A stretch of DNA of 64,000 nt from an uncultured Nitrospiraceae bacterium. GTDB lineage: Bacteria; Nitrospirota; Thermodesulfovibrionia; Thermodesulfovibrionales; SM23-35. Each line of letters starts with the position of its first letter. The first letter of the stretch is position 1. Below the pieces are notes generated by a model. That model was not told the origin of the DNA. It saw only the letters and a program-made list of their open reading frames with translations, and searched no databases. Below, in pieces: positions 55,389 through 64,000 of this stretch. Where the stretch lies: contig CAVSHB010000003.1 of NCBI GenBank assembly GCA_963727775.1, positions 352,001 to 416,000 of the forward strand. The letters are read 5' to 3'. The position numbers and the translations under genes were made by a program.

Positions 55389-55609
55389 CGCAGAATATAT
55401 TGATTTAATTGACTTTTACGAAAAACGCAAGTAATTCAATCGGGCAATTTGCTGTTTCCCGTTGCATATTGCCTTATGGGGTATAAGAAATCAGCCTATC
55501 CAACAATAAGCTGATCGGAGAGAGTGATATTTCTATAATGAAAGTGATATAATTGCAGAACAAATTTTGGTAATAAATAAAGTTGCAGAGTGGAAAGAAG
55601 GACATAAAT

Positions 55610-56029
55610 ATGAAGCGTGCATTAATAGTTCTTATGTCAGTGTTATTCCTGGTCGCCTGTGGGGGAAAGGAAGTTAAAAAAGTATCTCCGGAGTCAAAGT
55701 TAGTGCAGGAGGCCTTCGAATTTGCAGAGACCTTTAAAGCCGCATATCTGAAGAACGACCGGGCAACTCTTGAGAAAAATTCTACGCAGGAAGGCTATAA
55801 AGAGCTTATCGGGGGTATAAAGAATTTTAGCAGCGCTGAATTGACTTTGACCCCGACATGGGTAGAAATACAGGATTCAACGGTTAAACTTACTGTTTCA
55901 TGGAAAGGCACATGGATGGTCACCGGTAAGACGACTGAAGATAGAGGCATTGCAATCTTCGTGCTTGAGGGCAGCCCCTTAAAACTTGTCCAGATACAGA
56001 GAGCGAACCCGTTCCGGCAGCCTGAGTAA
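55610..56029 (+). CDS. Hypothetical lipoprotein
   Basis: MKR...LVAC lipobox. Start ATG 55610. Confidence 0.7.
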   Translation: MKRALIVLMSVLFLVACGGKEVKKVSPESKLVQEAFEFAETFKAAYLKNDRATLEKNSTQEGYKELIGGIKNFSSAELTLTPTWVEIQDSTVKLTVSWKGTWMVTGKTTEDRGIAIFVLEGSPLKLVQIQRANPFRQPE

Positions 56030-56065
56030 TATAATAAATAACAGATAATTTTTCTCGATGAGACC

Positions 56066-56284
56066 TTACCCGCAGGAACTGCAAGAAGTTTTGCTGCAGG
56101 ACCTGCACCCGGTTGAAGCAGCTGTGCCGGCGAGGGGTCTTTCCGTCCCGGCGGAACAGAAGACGGAAAACTTCTTCGTCACCTTTGTTGCCTTGCATTT
56201 AGGGCAGTTTACTTCCTGGTCGCAGAAAACAAGCTTCTCGAAATCTTCACCGCATTTGTCACACTTATATTCATAAATCGGCAT
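56066..56284 (-). CDS. FmdB-family zinc-ribbon protein
   Basis: MPIYEYKCDKCG...CPKC. Confidence 0.88.
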   Translation of the reverse strand: MPIYEYKCDKCGEDFEKLVFCDQEVNCPKCKATKVTKKFSVFCSAGTERPLAGTAASTGCRSCSKTSCSSCG

Positions 56285-56368
56285 TAGAATATCTCCTTTA
56301 TGTTGAGATTAAGGTTTAGGTTGAGAGTGACAAATTGCTCTTTTAATATCAGCCTTACCCTTGATCTT

Positions 56369-57016
56369 TTACTTTTTCGGCACCTTCTCCCAGTCCTTCA
56401 GGAACCGCGCTATTCCTATGTCCGTTAAGGGGTGCTTTATAAGTTGTATTATAACAGAATAGGGTATTGTCGCGATATGAGCGCCCATCCTGGCAGCCTC
56501 CATAACATGCAACGGGTTCCTCACGCTGGCTACAATCACCTCTGTGTCGAACATATAATTTTCGTATATCTCTAAAATATCACTCACTATATCCATCCCA
56601 TTGTGGCTGATGTCGTCGAGTCTTCCGACAAAAGGGCTTACGTATGTTGCTCCCGCTTTTGCAGCAAGCAGGGCCTGGTTCGGAGAAAAAACGAGGGTCA
56701 CATTCGTCTTAATCCCCATCCCGGATAATTTTTTGACGGCCTTAAGCCCTTCTTCGATCATCGGTATTTTTATCACAATATTCTCGTGGATTTTCGAAAG
56801 GACTTCAGCTTCCTCGGCCATTTGATCCGCGGTCATACTCACTGCCTCGGCACTCACAGGACCGTTGACTATACTGCAGATTTCCTTCAGCAATGAAACG
56901 GGGTCTTTGGCTTCCTTTGAAATGAGGGAAGGGTTTGTTGTTACTCCATCTATTACACCAAGCTCCCAGGCCTTCTTAATCTCTTCGGTGTTCGCGGTAT
57001 CGATAAAAAATTTCAT
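56369..57016 (-). CDS. tal: Transaldolase / fructose-6-phosphate aldolase family
   Basis: [30 protein letters not shown]. Confidence 0.93.
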   Translation of the reverse strand: MKFFIDTANTEEIKKAWELGVIDGVTTNPSLISKEAKDPVSLLKEICSIVNGPVSAEAVSMTADQMAEEAEVLSKIHENIVIKIPMIEEGLKAVKKLSGMGIKTNVTLVFSPNQALLAAKAGATYVSPFVGRLDDISHNGMDIVSDILEIYENYMFDTEVIVASVRNPLHVMEAARMGAHIATIPYSVIIQLIKHPLTDIGIARFLKDWEKVPKK

Positions 57017-57104
57017 GTGTCCCCCTTAATAAATTATAAAGTTTTCAGAAGTTCCATTATACTATAAAAACATATATTGAAATGAAAAGGAGAAGATCGG
57101 GCTG

Positions 57105-57782
57105 ATGGAATGCAGCAGAAAGATTTTGGGGTTGATGTTCATGATAATTTTTTTTGTATTATCTGCACCCCCGGCAAAGAATTCGCATGCGGCTACTATC
57201 GATGAATTGATAGTGGACCTTAAAAGCAAAGACCTGCAGACACAGCAATCGGCAATAGAAGAATTAGGCAGGATGAGGGACGGCAAAAGCGTCGATGAAC
57301 TTATAAGGTTTGTTTTTACAAGGGCAGAGGATTGGAAACTAAAAATCAAGGCAATCCTTTTGCTCGGCGAGATTGATGATCCGGTAATAGCGGACAGACT
57401 CGTTACGGTTTTTAACAACCCCTTTATTAACGAAACATGTCCTGCGATAAGGCGAAATACCGCACTTGCCCTTGGGAAAGAATTTAATAAGGGGTCACGG
57501 GCGGTAGAGTCTTTGATAGATGCATTAGATGATAGTGATATTCTTGTCAGGGAAGCTGCTATACAGTCGCTTGGGAAAATCGGTGACTCAAAAGCCGTAC
57601 CATTTTTAATTCCTGAGTTGGATAACCGGAGCTTTGCCATAAAATTCAGTGCGATTAAGGCCCTCGAAAACATAGGCGATGCACGGGCAAAACCTTTTAT
57701 AAAACGGGTTGCAGATACCGATTATGATCCATATTTGAAAGAGGCCGCTTTATCGGCCTTAAGAAAATTCAGGCCGGATTGA
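57105..57782 (+). CDS. Exported HEAT-repeat protein
   Basis: Signal peptide; repeats such as VREAAIQSLGKIGD. Confidence 0.8.
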   Translation: MECSRKILGLMFMIIFFVLSAPPAKNSHAATIDELIVDLKSKDLQTQQSAIEELGRMRDGKSVDELIRFVFTRAEDWKLKIKAILLLGEIDDPVIADRLVTVFNNPFINETCPAIRRNTALALGKEFNKGSRAVESLIDALDDSDILVREAAIQSLGKIGDSKAVPFLIPELDNRSFAIKFSAIKALENIGDARAKPFIKRVADTDYDPYLKEAALSALRKFRPD

Positions 57783-57864
57783 GATATATCAATAGTTGTG
57801 ATTATATATCAGTTAACGTAGAATAATGAGCAACAGTTTCCGACTGAAATAAAAGGATGCTTGG

Positions 57865-58389
57865 ATGAGCACGTTCTGGGAAAATATCTTTAAGTTCCGT
57901 CAAAAAAAAGTTCATGAAATAGATAAAATCCTCTTAAAAATACCTATATTTCACGATTTGAACCACCGTGAACTGAGACAGATTAAAGATATCCTGCATC
58001 GACGGGAATACAACAAGCATGAGGTAATCTTTAATCAGGGTGATGTCGGACTTGGGATGTATATTATTGAAAAAGGCACGGTCAACATTGTAGCTGAACC
58101 GGAAAGTCAACTGCTGGCAAAATTAAGTGACGGAGATTTTTTCGGAGAATTAGCCCTCCTGGATGACGCTCCGAGAAGCGCATCTGCAGTTACGGAAACG
58201 CCCTGTACAATGTTATGTTTTTTCAAACCTGAACTCCTTGATCTTATTGACCGTAACCCTAAACTTGGATCAAAAGTATTATTTCGGCTGGCCTGGACGA
58301 TCGGAGAACGTTTAAAGACCACTAACGAGCAAATAAAGGAATTGAGCAGCTTAACCCAACAAGACCAACAGATAGTAAAAGAAAAATAA
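57865..58389 (+). CDS. Cyclic-nucleotide-binding domain protein
   Basis: IFNQGD, FFGELALL, PRSASA. Confidence 0.88.
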   Translation: MSTFWENIFKFRQKKVHEIDKILLKIPIFHDLNHRELRQIKDILHRREYNKHEVIFNQGDVGLGMYIIEKGTVNIVAEPESQLLAKLSDGDFFGELALLDDAPRSASAVTETPCTMLCFFKPELLDLIDRNPKLGSKVLFRLAWTIGERLKTTNEQIKELSSLTQQDQQIVKEK

Positions 58390-59426
58390 TGAAAAACAGA
58401 AGAGGATACTTCATCAAAATATCACTTTTTTCGATTTTTGCTCTCCTAAGCCTATCAATTCTTGCTGCTGTCTCCACTATCGTAAAATTGGTAATAATCT
58501 CTGCACTTCTGGCATATGTTTTAGACCCTGTCGCAAAGTTCTTTGAATCCCATGGAATGAGCCGAACATCTGCAACGGTTACCATTTTTTTATTCATTTT
58601 TGCATTTGCCGGTATTTCATATGTCGTTTTTTTGCCGTTGCTATCCGAAGAAATAACGGCTCTTCAGAGGGGGTTTAATCCTGAACAGGCAGGGGTGATG
58701 ATCTCCCGTCTCGAAAACTTTCTTATTACGAACCTCGCTTTTCTTGGTGTAAAGGATTTACACCTTTTAAGCAGGATACAGAATGACATGGCGAAGGCAG
58801 GAGACTGGATTTTTACTCATTTTCTGGATGCTGCTTCTGTAATCACCAGTATGATTCTAATCCCTTTTATCGTTTTTTTCCTTATGAGAGACGGGCGCGA
58901 ATTTAAAAAGGCTTTTGTCGGCATTATGCCCAACCGGTATTTCGAATTCACTCTCTATTTAATTTATAAATTGAACACACAGATAGGGAACTATCTGCGG
59001 GGCCAACTGATTGACGCAGCGATAGTGGGTATACTCTCTGTTTTTGCATTATGGCTGCTTGGGGTTAAATATTTTTTTATTATCGGGGTATTTGCCGGAC
59101 TGGCGAATCTCATCCCGTATTTCGGTCCGATTATAGGGGCAGCGCTCGCTGTTCTTGTATCAATATTGCAGACAGGAAGCTTCCATATGGCGTTGTATGT
59201 CATCGTTGCATTCACGGTGATCAAGTTCATTGATGATTTCATTATTCAGCCCACAGTTGTCGCAAAAAGCGTTCATATGCATCCGCTGACAGTTCTGCTG
59301 TCAGTGCTTATTGGGGGCAAGGTGTTCGGTATACTCGGGATGTTGTTGTCTGTGCCGATTGTTGCTTTTATAAAAGTTGTAGCTCATGAGAGTATCATTA
59401 ATTATCACAGATACGGAGAAGTTTAA
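58389..59426 (+). CDS. AI-2E family transporter (PerM-like)
   Basis: YLRGQL, NLIPYFGP, MHPLTV, GILGMLLSVP. Confidence 0.9.
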   Translation: MKNRRGYFIKISLFSIFALLSLSILAAVSTIVKLVIISALLAYVLDPVAKFFESHGMSRTSATVTIFLFIFAFAGISYVVFLPLLSEEITALQRGFNPEQAGVMISRLENFLITNLAFLGVKDLHLLSRIQNDMAKAGDWIFTHFLDAASVITSMILIPFIVFFLMRDGREFKKAFVGIMPNRYFEFTLYLIYKLNTQIGNYLRGQLIDAAIVGILSVFALWLLGVKYFFIIGVFAGLANLIPYFGPIIGAALAVLVSILQTGSFHMALYVIVAFTVIKFIDDFIIQPTVVAKSVHMHPLTVLLSVLIGGKVFGILGMLLSVPIVAFIKVVAHESIINYHRYGEV

Positions 59427-59463
59427 ACACTAACTGCATTAACAAGAAAAAACTTATTTGGCT

Positions 59464-60642
59464 CTACTGAAACAGCGCAGCCTCGATAACTTCAATGAGA
59501 TGTACTACCGGCTTATTCTTGACATCTTTCATTATTTGGAGCATGCAACCAGGGCAGGACGTAATAATCGTATCCGCTCCTGACCCGGCATAGTCCTTGA
59601 TGCATTTGTTGAGAAGTCCCTGGGAGAGTTCTTTATTAGTGAAACAGAAAATACCTGCAAAACCGCAGCATCTTTCCCCCTCGGTCTTTAAAACATCCAA
59701 CCCGATATTTTTTATAATCTCTCTGGGCTCCTTCACTACGCCGAGACCGTATTTAAGATGACAGGGGTCATGGTAGATTGCGCTTTTGAAATCGGTAAAG
59801 GGTTGTGAGAATTGGGAAGGGTCTAGCTTTTCAATTAAAAAACTCGATATGTCCATTGCCTTATCTATTCCTTCACCTGCCAATTTTTGATAATCATCCC
59901 TGATTGCAAGCGTACAAGTCGGACAGAGACTTAATACAGCTTCGACATTCAGCTTGCCGAATATGGCGAGATTTTTTTTTGCGAGTTCTACAGCTTCCTT
60001 TTCAAGGCCGAGAGTCCTTAAAGGTACCCCGCAGCATACTTCGTTTGCGGGCAGGACAACCTCGTACCCAAGTTTATACAACACATTGATGAGCGCATCT
60101 TGTAAATGAGGGTAAAGAAAATTCACAATACATCCCGTAAAGATTGCAACGCGGCCTTTCTTTTTAGAAACAGTAAAAACCCGCATGTTGTCTTCCAAAC
60201 GACGTTCAGGCAAAGGAAGCTCAGGCTGGAAAGGGAGCAGCCCTTTTTTTGACAGGTAGGGGAAAAGGATGTGTTGAGTGACGCGCAGCAGCTTGAAACT
60301 CAGTTTAGGACGTTTCGTACAGAAGCTTGTAAAAAAACGCAGATACCTTCTTTTCTTGTCGGTCTTTTTCAGAAGGCTTCTGCCGTGATAGAAGACCTCC
60401 TTTATATCAACACGGGGGGGGCACAATCCGGAGCAGGCGCCGCATAACGTACAACTGAAGATGCGGTCATTTAAAACGCCGGATGCTGCAATCTGTCCGG
60501 AGGACAAGGCACGCAGGAGCGCGATCCTTCCCCTGGCACCCATGGCCTCCGTGGAATCTTCATCGTAAGTCGGGCATATAGCCTTGCAGACTCCACAACG
60601 GACACATTTTGAGATTTCACTCAGGTATCGAGCGCTTTCCAT
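59464..60642 (-). CDS. GlcF-like Fe-S protein (4Fe-4S plus two CCG domains)
   Basis: CVRCGVCKAICP, CCG twice, YHDPCHL, TSCPGC. Confidence 0.88.
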   Translation of the reverse strand: MESARYLSEISKCVRCGVCKAICPTYDEDSTEAMGARGRIALLRALSSGQIAASGVLNDRIFSCTLCGACSGLCPPRVDIKEVFYHGRSLLKKTDKKRRYLRFFTSFCTKRPKLSFKLLRVTQHILFPYLSKKGLLPFQPELPLPERRLEDNMRVFTVSKKKGRVAIFTGCIVNFLYPHLQDALINVLYKLGYEVVLPANEVCCGVPLRTLGLEKEAVELAKKNLAIFGKLNVEAVLSLCPTCTLAIRDDYQKLAGEGIDKAMDISSFLIEKLDPSQFSQPFTDFKSAIYHDPCHLKYGLGVVKEPREIIKNIGLDVLKTEGERCCGFAGIFCFTNKELSQGLLNKCIKDYAGSGADTIITSCPGCMLQIMKDVKNKPVVHLIEVIEAALFQ

Positions 60643-61457
60643 AAACGATGATGGTCGGTCAAAACCCTGTTCATGCTGCCGCTTTGATATCCGTCGAGAT
60701 CGAGCGATATAAAGTGATAGCCAAGGGATTTTAATGTTTCAGAAATGGTCCTTCTTTTTTCAGGGACAAGCATAAGTCCGATTTCTTCTTCTCTGACTTC
60801 AATCCTCACAACATCTCCGTGGTCTCTTACCCTTACTTCACTCAAGCCGATGGACCTGAGGAAGTCCTCAGCTTTTTCCACTCTCTTTAGCGCAAGCGGC
60901 GTTATCCTGTGTCCGTATGGAATTCGTGAGGCAAGACATGCGGAAGATGGTTTGTCCCACGTTGAGAGACCAAGCTGTCTTGAAAATTCCCTGATTTCTT
61001 TTTTTGAGAATCCTGCTTCTATTAAAGGACTTCTTACAGAATACTTGAGTGCGGCCCTTTTCCCGGGCCTGAAGTCCGTTATATCGTCGGTATTACTTCC
61101 ATCAAGGACAGACCTGTATCCCTCTGATAAGGCAATAGACGCAAGTTTCTTAAAAAGCTCATCCTTGCAGAAAAAACATCTCTCAGGGGTATTGCTGATA
61201 AATTCTTCAATCTTGAGTTCTTCTGTTTTTATTGTCCTGTGCTCAATCCCGAGTTCTTTTGTCATCTCTGCCGTGGCGAGTATATCATTTTGAGGCGTTG
61301 TCTCTGAGACTGCCGTTACAGCGAGAATCCTTATGCCGGAGAGTTGCATTGACTTAAGCAACAGAGTGCTGTCTACTCCTCCGGAATAGGCAAGGAGAGC
61401 GCTCTCCATATTCTTAAGTATATTAATGAGGTCTGTTAATTTATTGTCTTCAATCAT
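60621..61457 (-). CDS. LarE-like ATP-dependent sulfur transferase (PP-loop)
   Basis: SGGVDS, CFFCK, RPG, ACLASRIPYG, VRVRDHG. Confidence 0.88.
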   Translation of the reverse strand: MIEDNKLTDLINILKNMESALLAYSGGVDSTLLLKSMQLSGIRILAVTAVSETTPQNDILATAEMTKELGIEHRTIKTEELKIEEFISNTPERCFFCKDELFKKLASIALSEGYRSVLDGSNTDDITDFRPGKRAALKYSVRSPLIEAGFSKKEIREFSRQLGLSTWDKPSSACLASRIPYGHRITPLALKRVEKAEDFLRSIGLSEVRVRDHGDVVRIEVREEEIGLMLVPEKRRTISETLKSLGYHFISLDLDGYQSGSMNRVLTDHHRLWKALDT

Positions 61458-61538
61458 TATGCAGGTTAAAGTCTCTCGATGATTATGAACTTCTTAGTAA
61501 GCATTTGTTAGGGATCCGGATATTGGAATTATTGTTTC

Positions 61539-63044
61539 TTATAGAACGGTGACTTCATAGTTTTCTTGGTGCAAGTTACGGTTTTCCCTAATAGTAATCT
61601 TAACGTTATATTTATTTTCTATATCCTCAATCCCCGAGCGTTCTTCATCGGATAAGAGGTCTGCGACAGAGGGATGTGCGGTGACGATAATCCCTTCTCC
61701 GCCGTGTTTTGCAAGCCTTGTCACCTTCCTGAATATTTCATAACAGAGTGTTCGCGGTGACTTGACAAAGCCCTTTCCTTCACAGTAAGGACATGATTCG
61801 CATAGGGTCCTGCCGAGACTTTCCCTGACCCTCTTTCTGGTCATTTGAATAAGCCCGAGTTCGGAGATATGAGATATGGTATTTTTTGCGCGGTCCTTTT
61901 TCATCGCGTCGATAAATGCATTGAATACCCTGTCTCTGTTTTCATATTTTTCCATATCTATGAAGTCTACTATTATGATTCCGCCGAGGTTCCTGAGTCT
62001 TATTTGGTATGCTATCTCCTTCACAGCTTCGAGGTTTGTCTTTAGTATCGTATCTTCCAGTTCCTCTTTTCCGACAAATTTGCCGGTATTAACATCGATA
62101 ACCGTCATTGCCTCTGTCTGGTCAATTACTATATATCCGCCGGATTTCAGCCAGACCTTTCTCCCCAACGCCCTGGAGATGTCAAACTCAATCCCATATG
62201 CATCGAATATGGGCTCAGTGCCTTCATACAGCTCTATCTTGCCCAGGAGCTTCTCAAAATATGTCCTGACAAAATCTTTAATCCGTTCATACTCTTCCGG
62301 TGAATCTACGATAAGCCTTTTAACATCCTGCACCATGAGGTCCCGCACGCTTCTGAAGACAAGGTCAAGGTCGCTGTAAAGCATTGTAGGGGCGGACACC
62401 CGTTCTTTTTTCTTCTGGACGGTTTCCCATAAAATATGAAGGAAATCGAGGTCCTTTAAAAGGTCTTCTTCGCCCGAACCCTCGCTTGCAGTCCTTATGA
62501 TAAGTCCGTATCCCTTTGGTTTTATCTGTTCGACAATAGTCCTGAGTCTTGTTCTTTCGGTCTCGTCTGAGATCCTCCTGGAGATGCCTACATGTTCTAC
62601 ATTAGGCATGAGAACGAGGTACCTCCCGGGTATTGTTACATATGACGTTACCCTTGCTCCCTTGCTCCCGATCGGATCTTTTGAAACCTGAACAAGGATT
62701 TCCTGTCCTTCCTGCAACAGCTCTTCTATCGTGAAGTCGGGTCTTCCCTTCTTTGAAGCCAGATCAACCGAGTCGACGTTTTCTTCTTCTTCAAAAAAGG
62801 GCGCGAATTCTTCCAGCCCTGCATGAATGTCCGTGACATACAGGAACGCTGCTTTTTCAAGCCCTATATCGACAAATGCCGATTGCATGCCGGGAAGGAT
62901 TTTTACGACCTTGCTTTTATAAATGTTTCCGACCAGGCTTGCATCGCGCTTCCTCTCGACATAGAATTCAACCACCTGGCCCCCTTCAAGCAGGCCTACC
63001 CTGATCTCATCACGCGTTGCGTTAATTAATATTTCGCTGTCCAT
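61539..63044 (-). CDS. rng: Ribonuclease G/E family
   Basis: GNIYK, AFVDIG, IDVNTG, LGGIIIVDFIDM, CPYCEG. Confidence 0.93.
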   Translation of the reverse strand: MDSEILINATRDEIRVGLLEGGQVVEFYVERKRDASLVGNIYKSKVVKILPGMQSAFVDIGLEKAAFLYVTDIHAGLEEFAPFFEEEENVDSVDLASKKGRPDFTIEELLQEGQEILVQVSKDPIGSKGARVTSYVTIPGRYLVLMPNVEHVGISRRISDETERTRLRTIVEQIKPKGYGLIIRTASEGSGEEDLLKDLDFLHILWETVQKKKERVSAPTMLYSDLDLVFRSVRDLMVQDVKRLIVDSPEEYERIKDFVRTYFEKLLGKIELYEGTEPIFDAYGIEFDISRALGRKVWLKSGGYIVIDQTEAMTVIDVNTGKFVGKEELEDTILKTNLEAVKEIAYQIRLRNLGGIIIVDFIDMEKYENRDRVFNAFIDAMKKDRAKNTISHISELGLIQMTRKRVRESLGRTLCESCPYCEGKGFVKSPRTLCYEIFRKVTRLAKHGGEGIIVTAHPSVADLLSDEERSGIEDIENKYNVKITIRENRNLHQENYEVTVL

Positions 63045-64000
63045 TGTAAACTCCGCTCAAGGGGTTTGACCCATCCACCGTTCCATCCATAGAGAGCTAC
63101 CCTTGTAATATCAAGTTTTTCCAAAGTGGTGTGGAATAGAACAGGCAATAGTTCACTCAGCCTGACCTTGCTTTCTGCCTGGTCTGCCAATAGTAAGCTG
63201 ACGGTATTTTCACTCGCTATCTTTGCGTCTTCCACCATTTTTCTTATATTTACAGTACCTTTTTCTCTTTGCACAGGTATTTCTTTTTCCGACAAAAAAA
63301 CATTAATGACGGCAGCGTCGTCGCATTTTACTTCATACTCGTACCTGGTAATAAAACTGTTCAGGGATTCCGCCTTTGCGTTTACCGCGGACATATCTTT
63401 TATCAGAATTCCCTCGGGCAGCATACTGTTCAGCTTTGTCTTGTTGTTAATCAAATCAAAGGGAGGGGTCACTTCCATATCAAAATATTCACTCAACCCC
63501 GCAACTCCCACGCCGAGAGGAGGACCGAAAGACATCTTCGGAGACGGATGAAAACCTTTTGAATATTCTAAAGGAAACCCTGCCCGCCGCAATGCCCTCT
63601 GTAACATTGTAACAAGTTCAAGATGAGAAAGATATTTTAATCTGCCTGTCTTTGAAAATTCGACCCTTATCCTGACAGGTTTGAAGGGTACCGGAAAAGG
63701 AACCGAGGACCCGGAAACCCTGAGTCCCGGAGATAGATCCGGATTATCATATCCCGCTGTTTCCACCTTTGCACTGCTTATTCCCTCGCGCGTTTCTTTT
63801 GAGCATTCAAGCCCGCACGAGCGGCAGATTTTTCTGCAATCAGGCGTGATCTCTGCAGATAATGATTTCTGATATTCTTCCCATAGAAATTCTTTCCTCA
63901 CTCCAATGTCTATAATATCCCACGGTAGGGGGTCTGAAAATCCAAAGGCCTTTGTCGCCGTATCCGCTGAATCTATTCCCGTGAGATTCATCGCAGCGGT
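63026..64000 (-). CDS. C-terminal part of a TIGR03960/TIGR03936-type radical-SAM-linked protein (5' end outside the window)
   Basis: LPWDIID, CRKICRSCGLEC, YLSHL, YSKGFHPSPKMSF. Confidence 0.8.
   Translation of the reverse strand, partial: TAAMNLTGIDSADTATKAFGFSDPLPWDIIDIGVRKEFLWEEYQKSLSAEITPDCRKICRSCGLECSKETREGISSAKVETAGYDNPDLSPGLRVSGSSVPFPVPFKPVRIRVEFSKTGRLKYLSHLELVTMLQRALRRAGFPLEYSKGFHPSPKMSFGPPLGVGVAGLSEYFDMEVTPPFDLINNKTKLNSMLPEGILIKDMSAVNAKAESLNSFITRYEYEVKCDDAAVINVFLSEKEIPVQREKGTVNIRKMVEDAKIASENTVSLLLADQAESKVRLSELLPVLFHTTLEKLDITRVALYGWNGGWVKPLERSLQWTAKY

Noticed and set aside
56300..56368. Degenerate hexamer repeats between tal and the fmdB-like gene
   Set aside because: Too short and degenerate to assign; possibly a weak hairpin.

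Overview
Bacterial chromosome segment of about 45% GC. Gene content and order suggest an anaerobic Nitrospirota (Thermodesulfovibrionia-like) or deltaproteobacterium-like organism; this is inference only. The window spans the replication origin (prfB-oriC-dnaA-dnaN-gyrB). Core genes include pyruvate/2-oxoacid dehydrogenase E1a/E1b/E2 plus an ADP-forming acyl-CoA ligase, selA, selB, purF, purA, ispDF, a degP-like protease, serA, lnt, tRNA-Phe, transaldolase and rng. Accessory patches are (i) a TcmP + DUF5131 pair split by an IS200 element and (ii) a mobile-element pile-up after gyrB: two IS1380 elements, a TIR-bounded HUH/RAYT transposase, a small IS200/605-type hairpin element, HicB and HigBA. 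The strongest unannotated signals are non-coding. Five dispersed copies of a ~100-120 bp structured element keep invariant junctions while their stems change in sequence but stay paired. Two 6S-like RNAs lie in tandem. The oriC is built from non-canonical (..AACA) DnaA boxes next to a DnaA-trio unwinding module. A sigma54 promoter precedes an RpoD paralogue, and there is a 19-aa lysine-rich micro-ORF. All calls were made by eye, without database searches.
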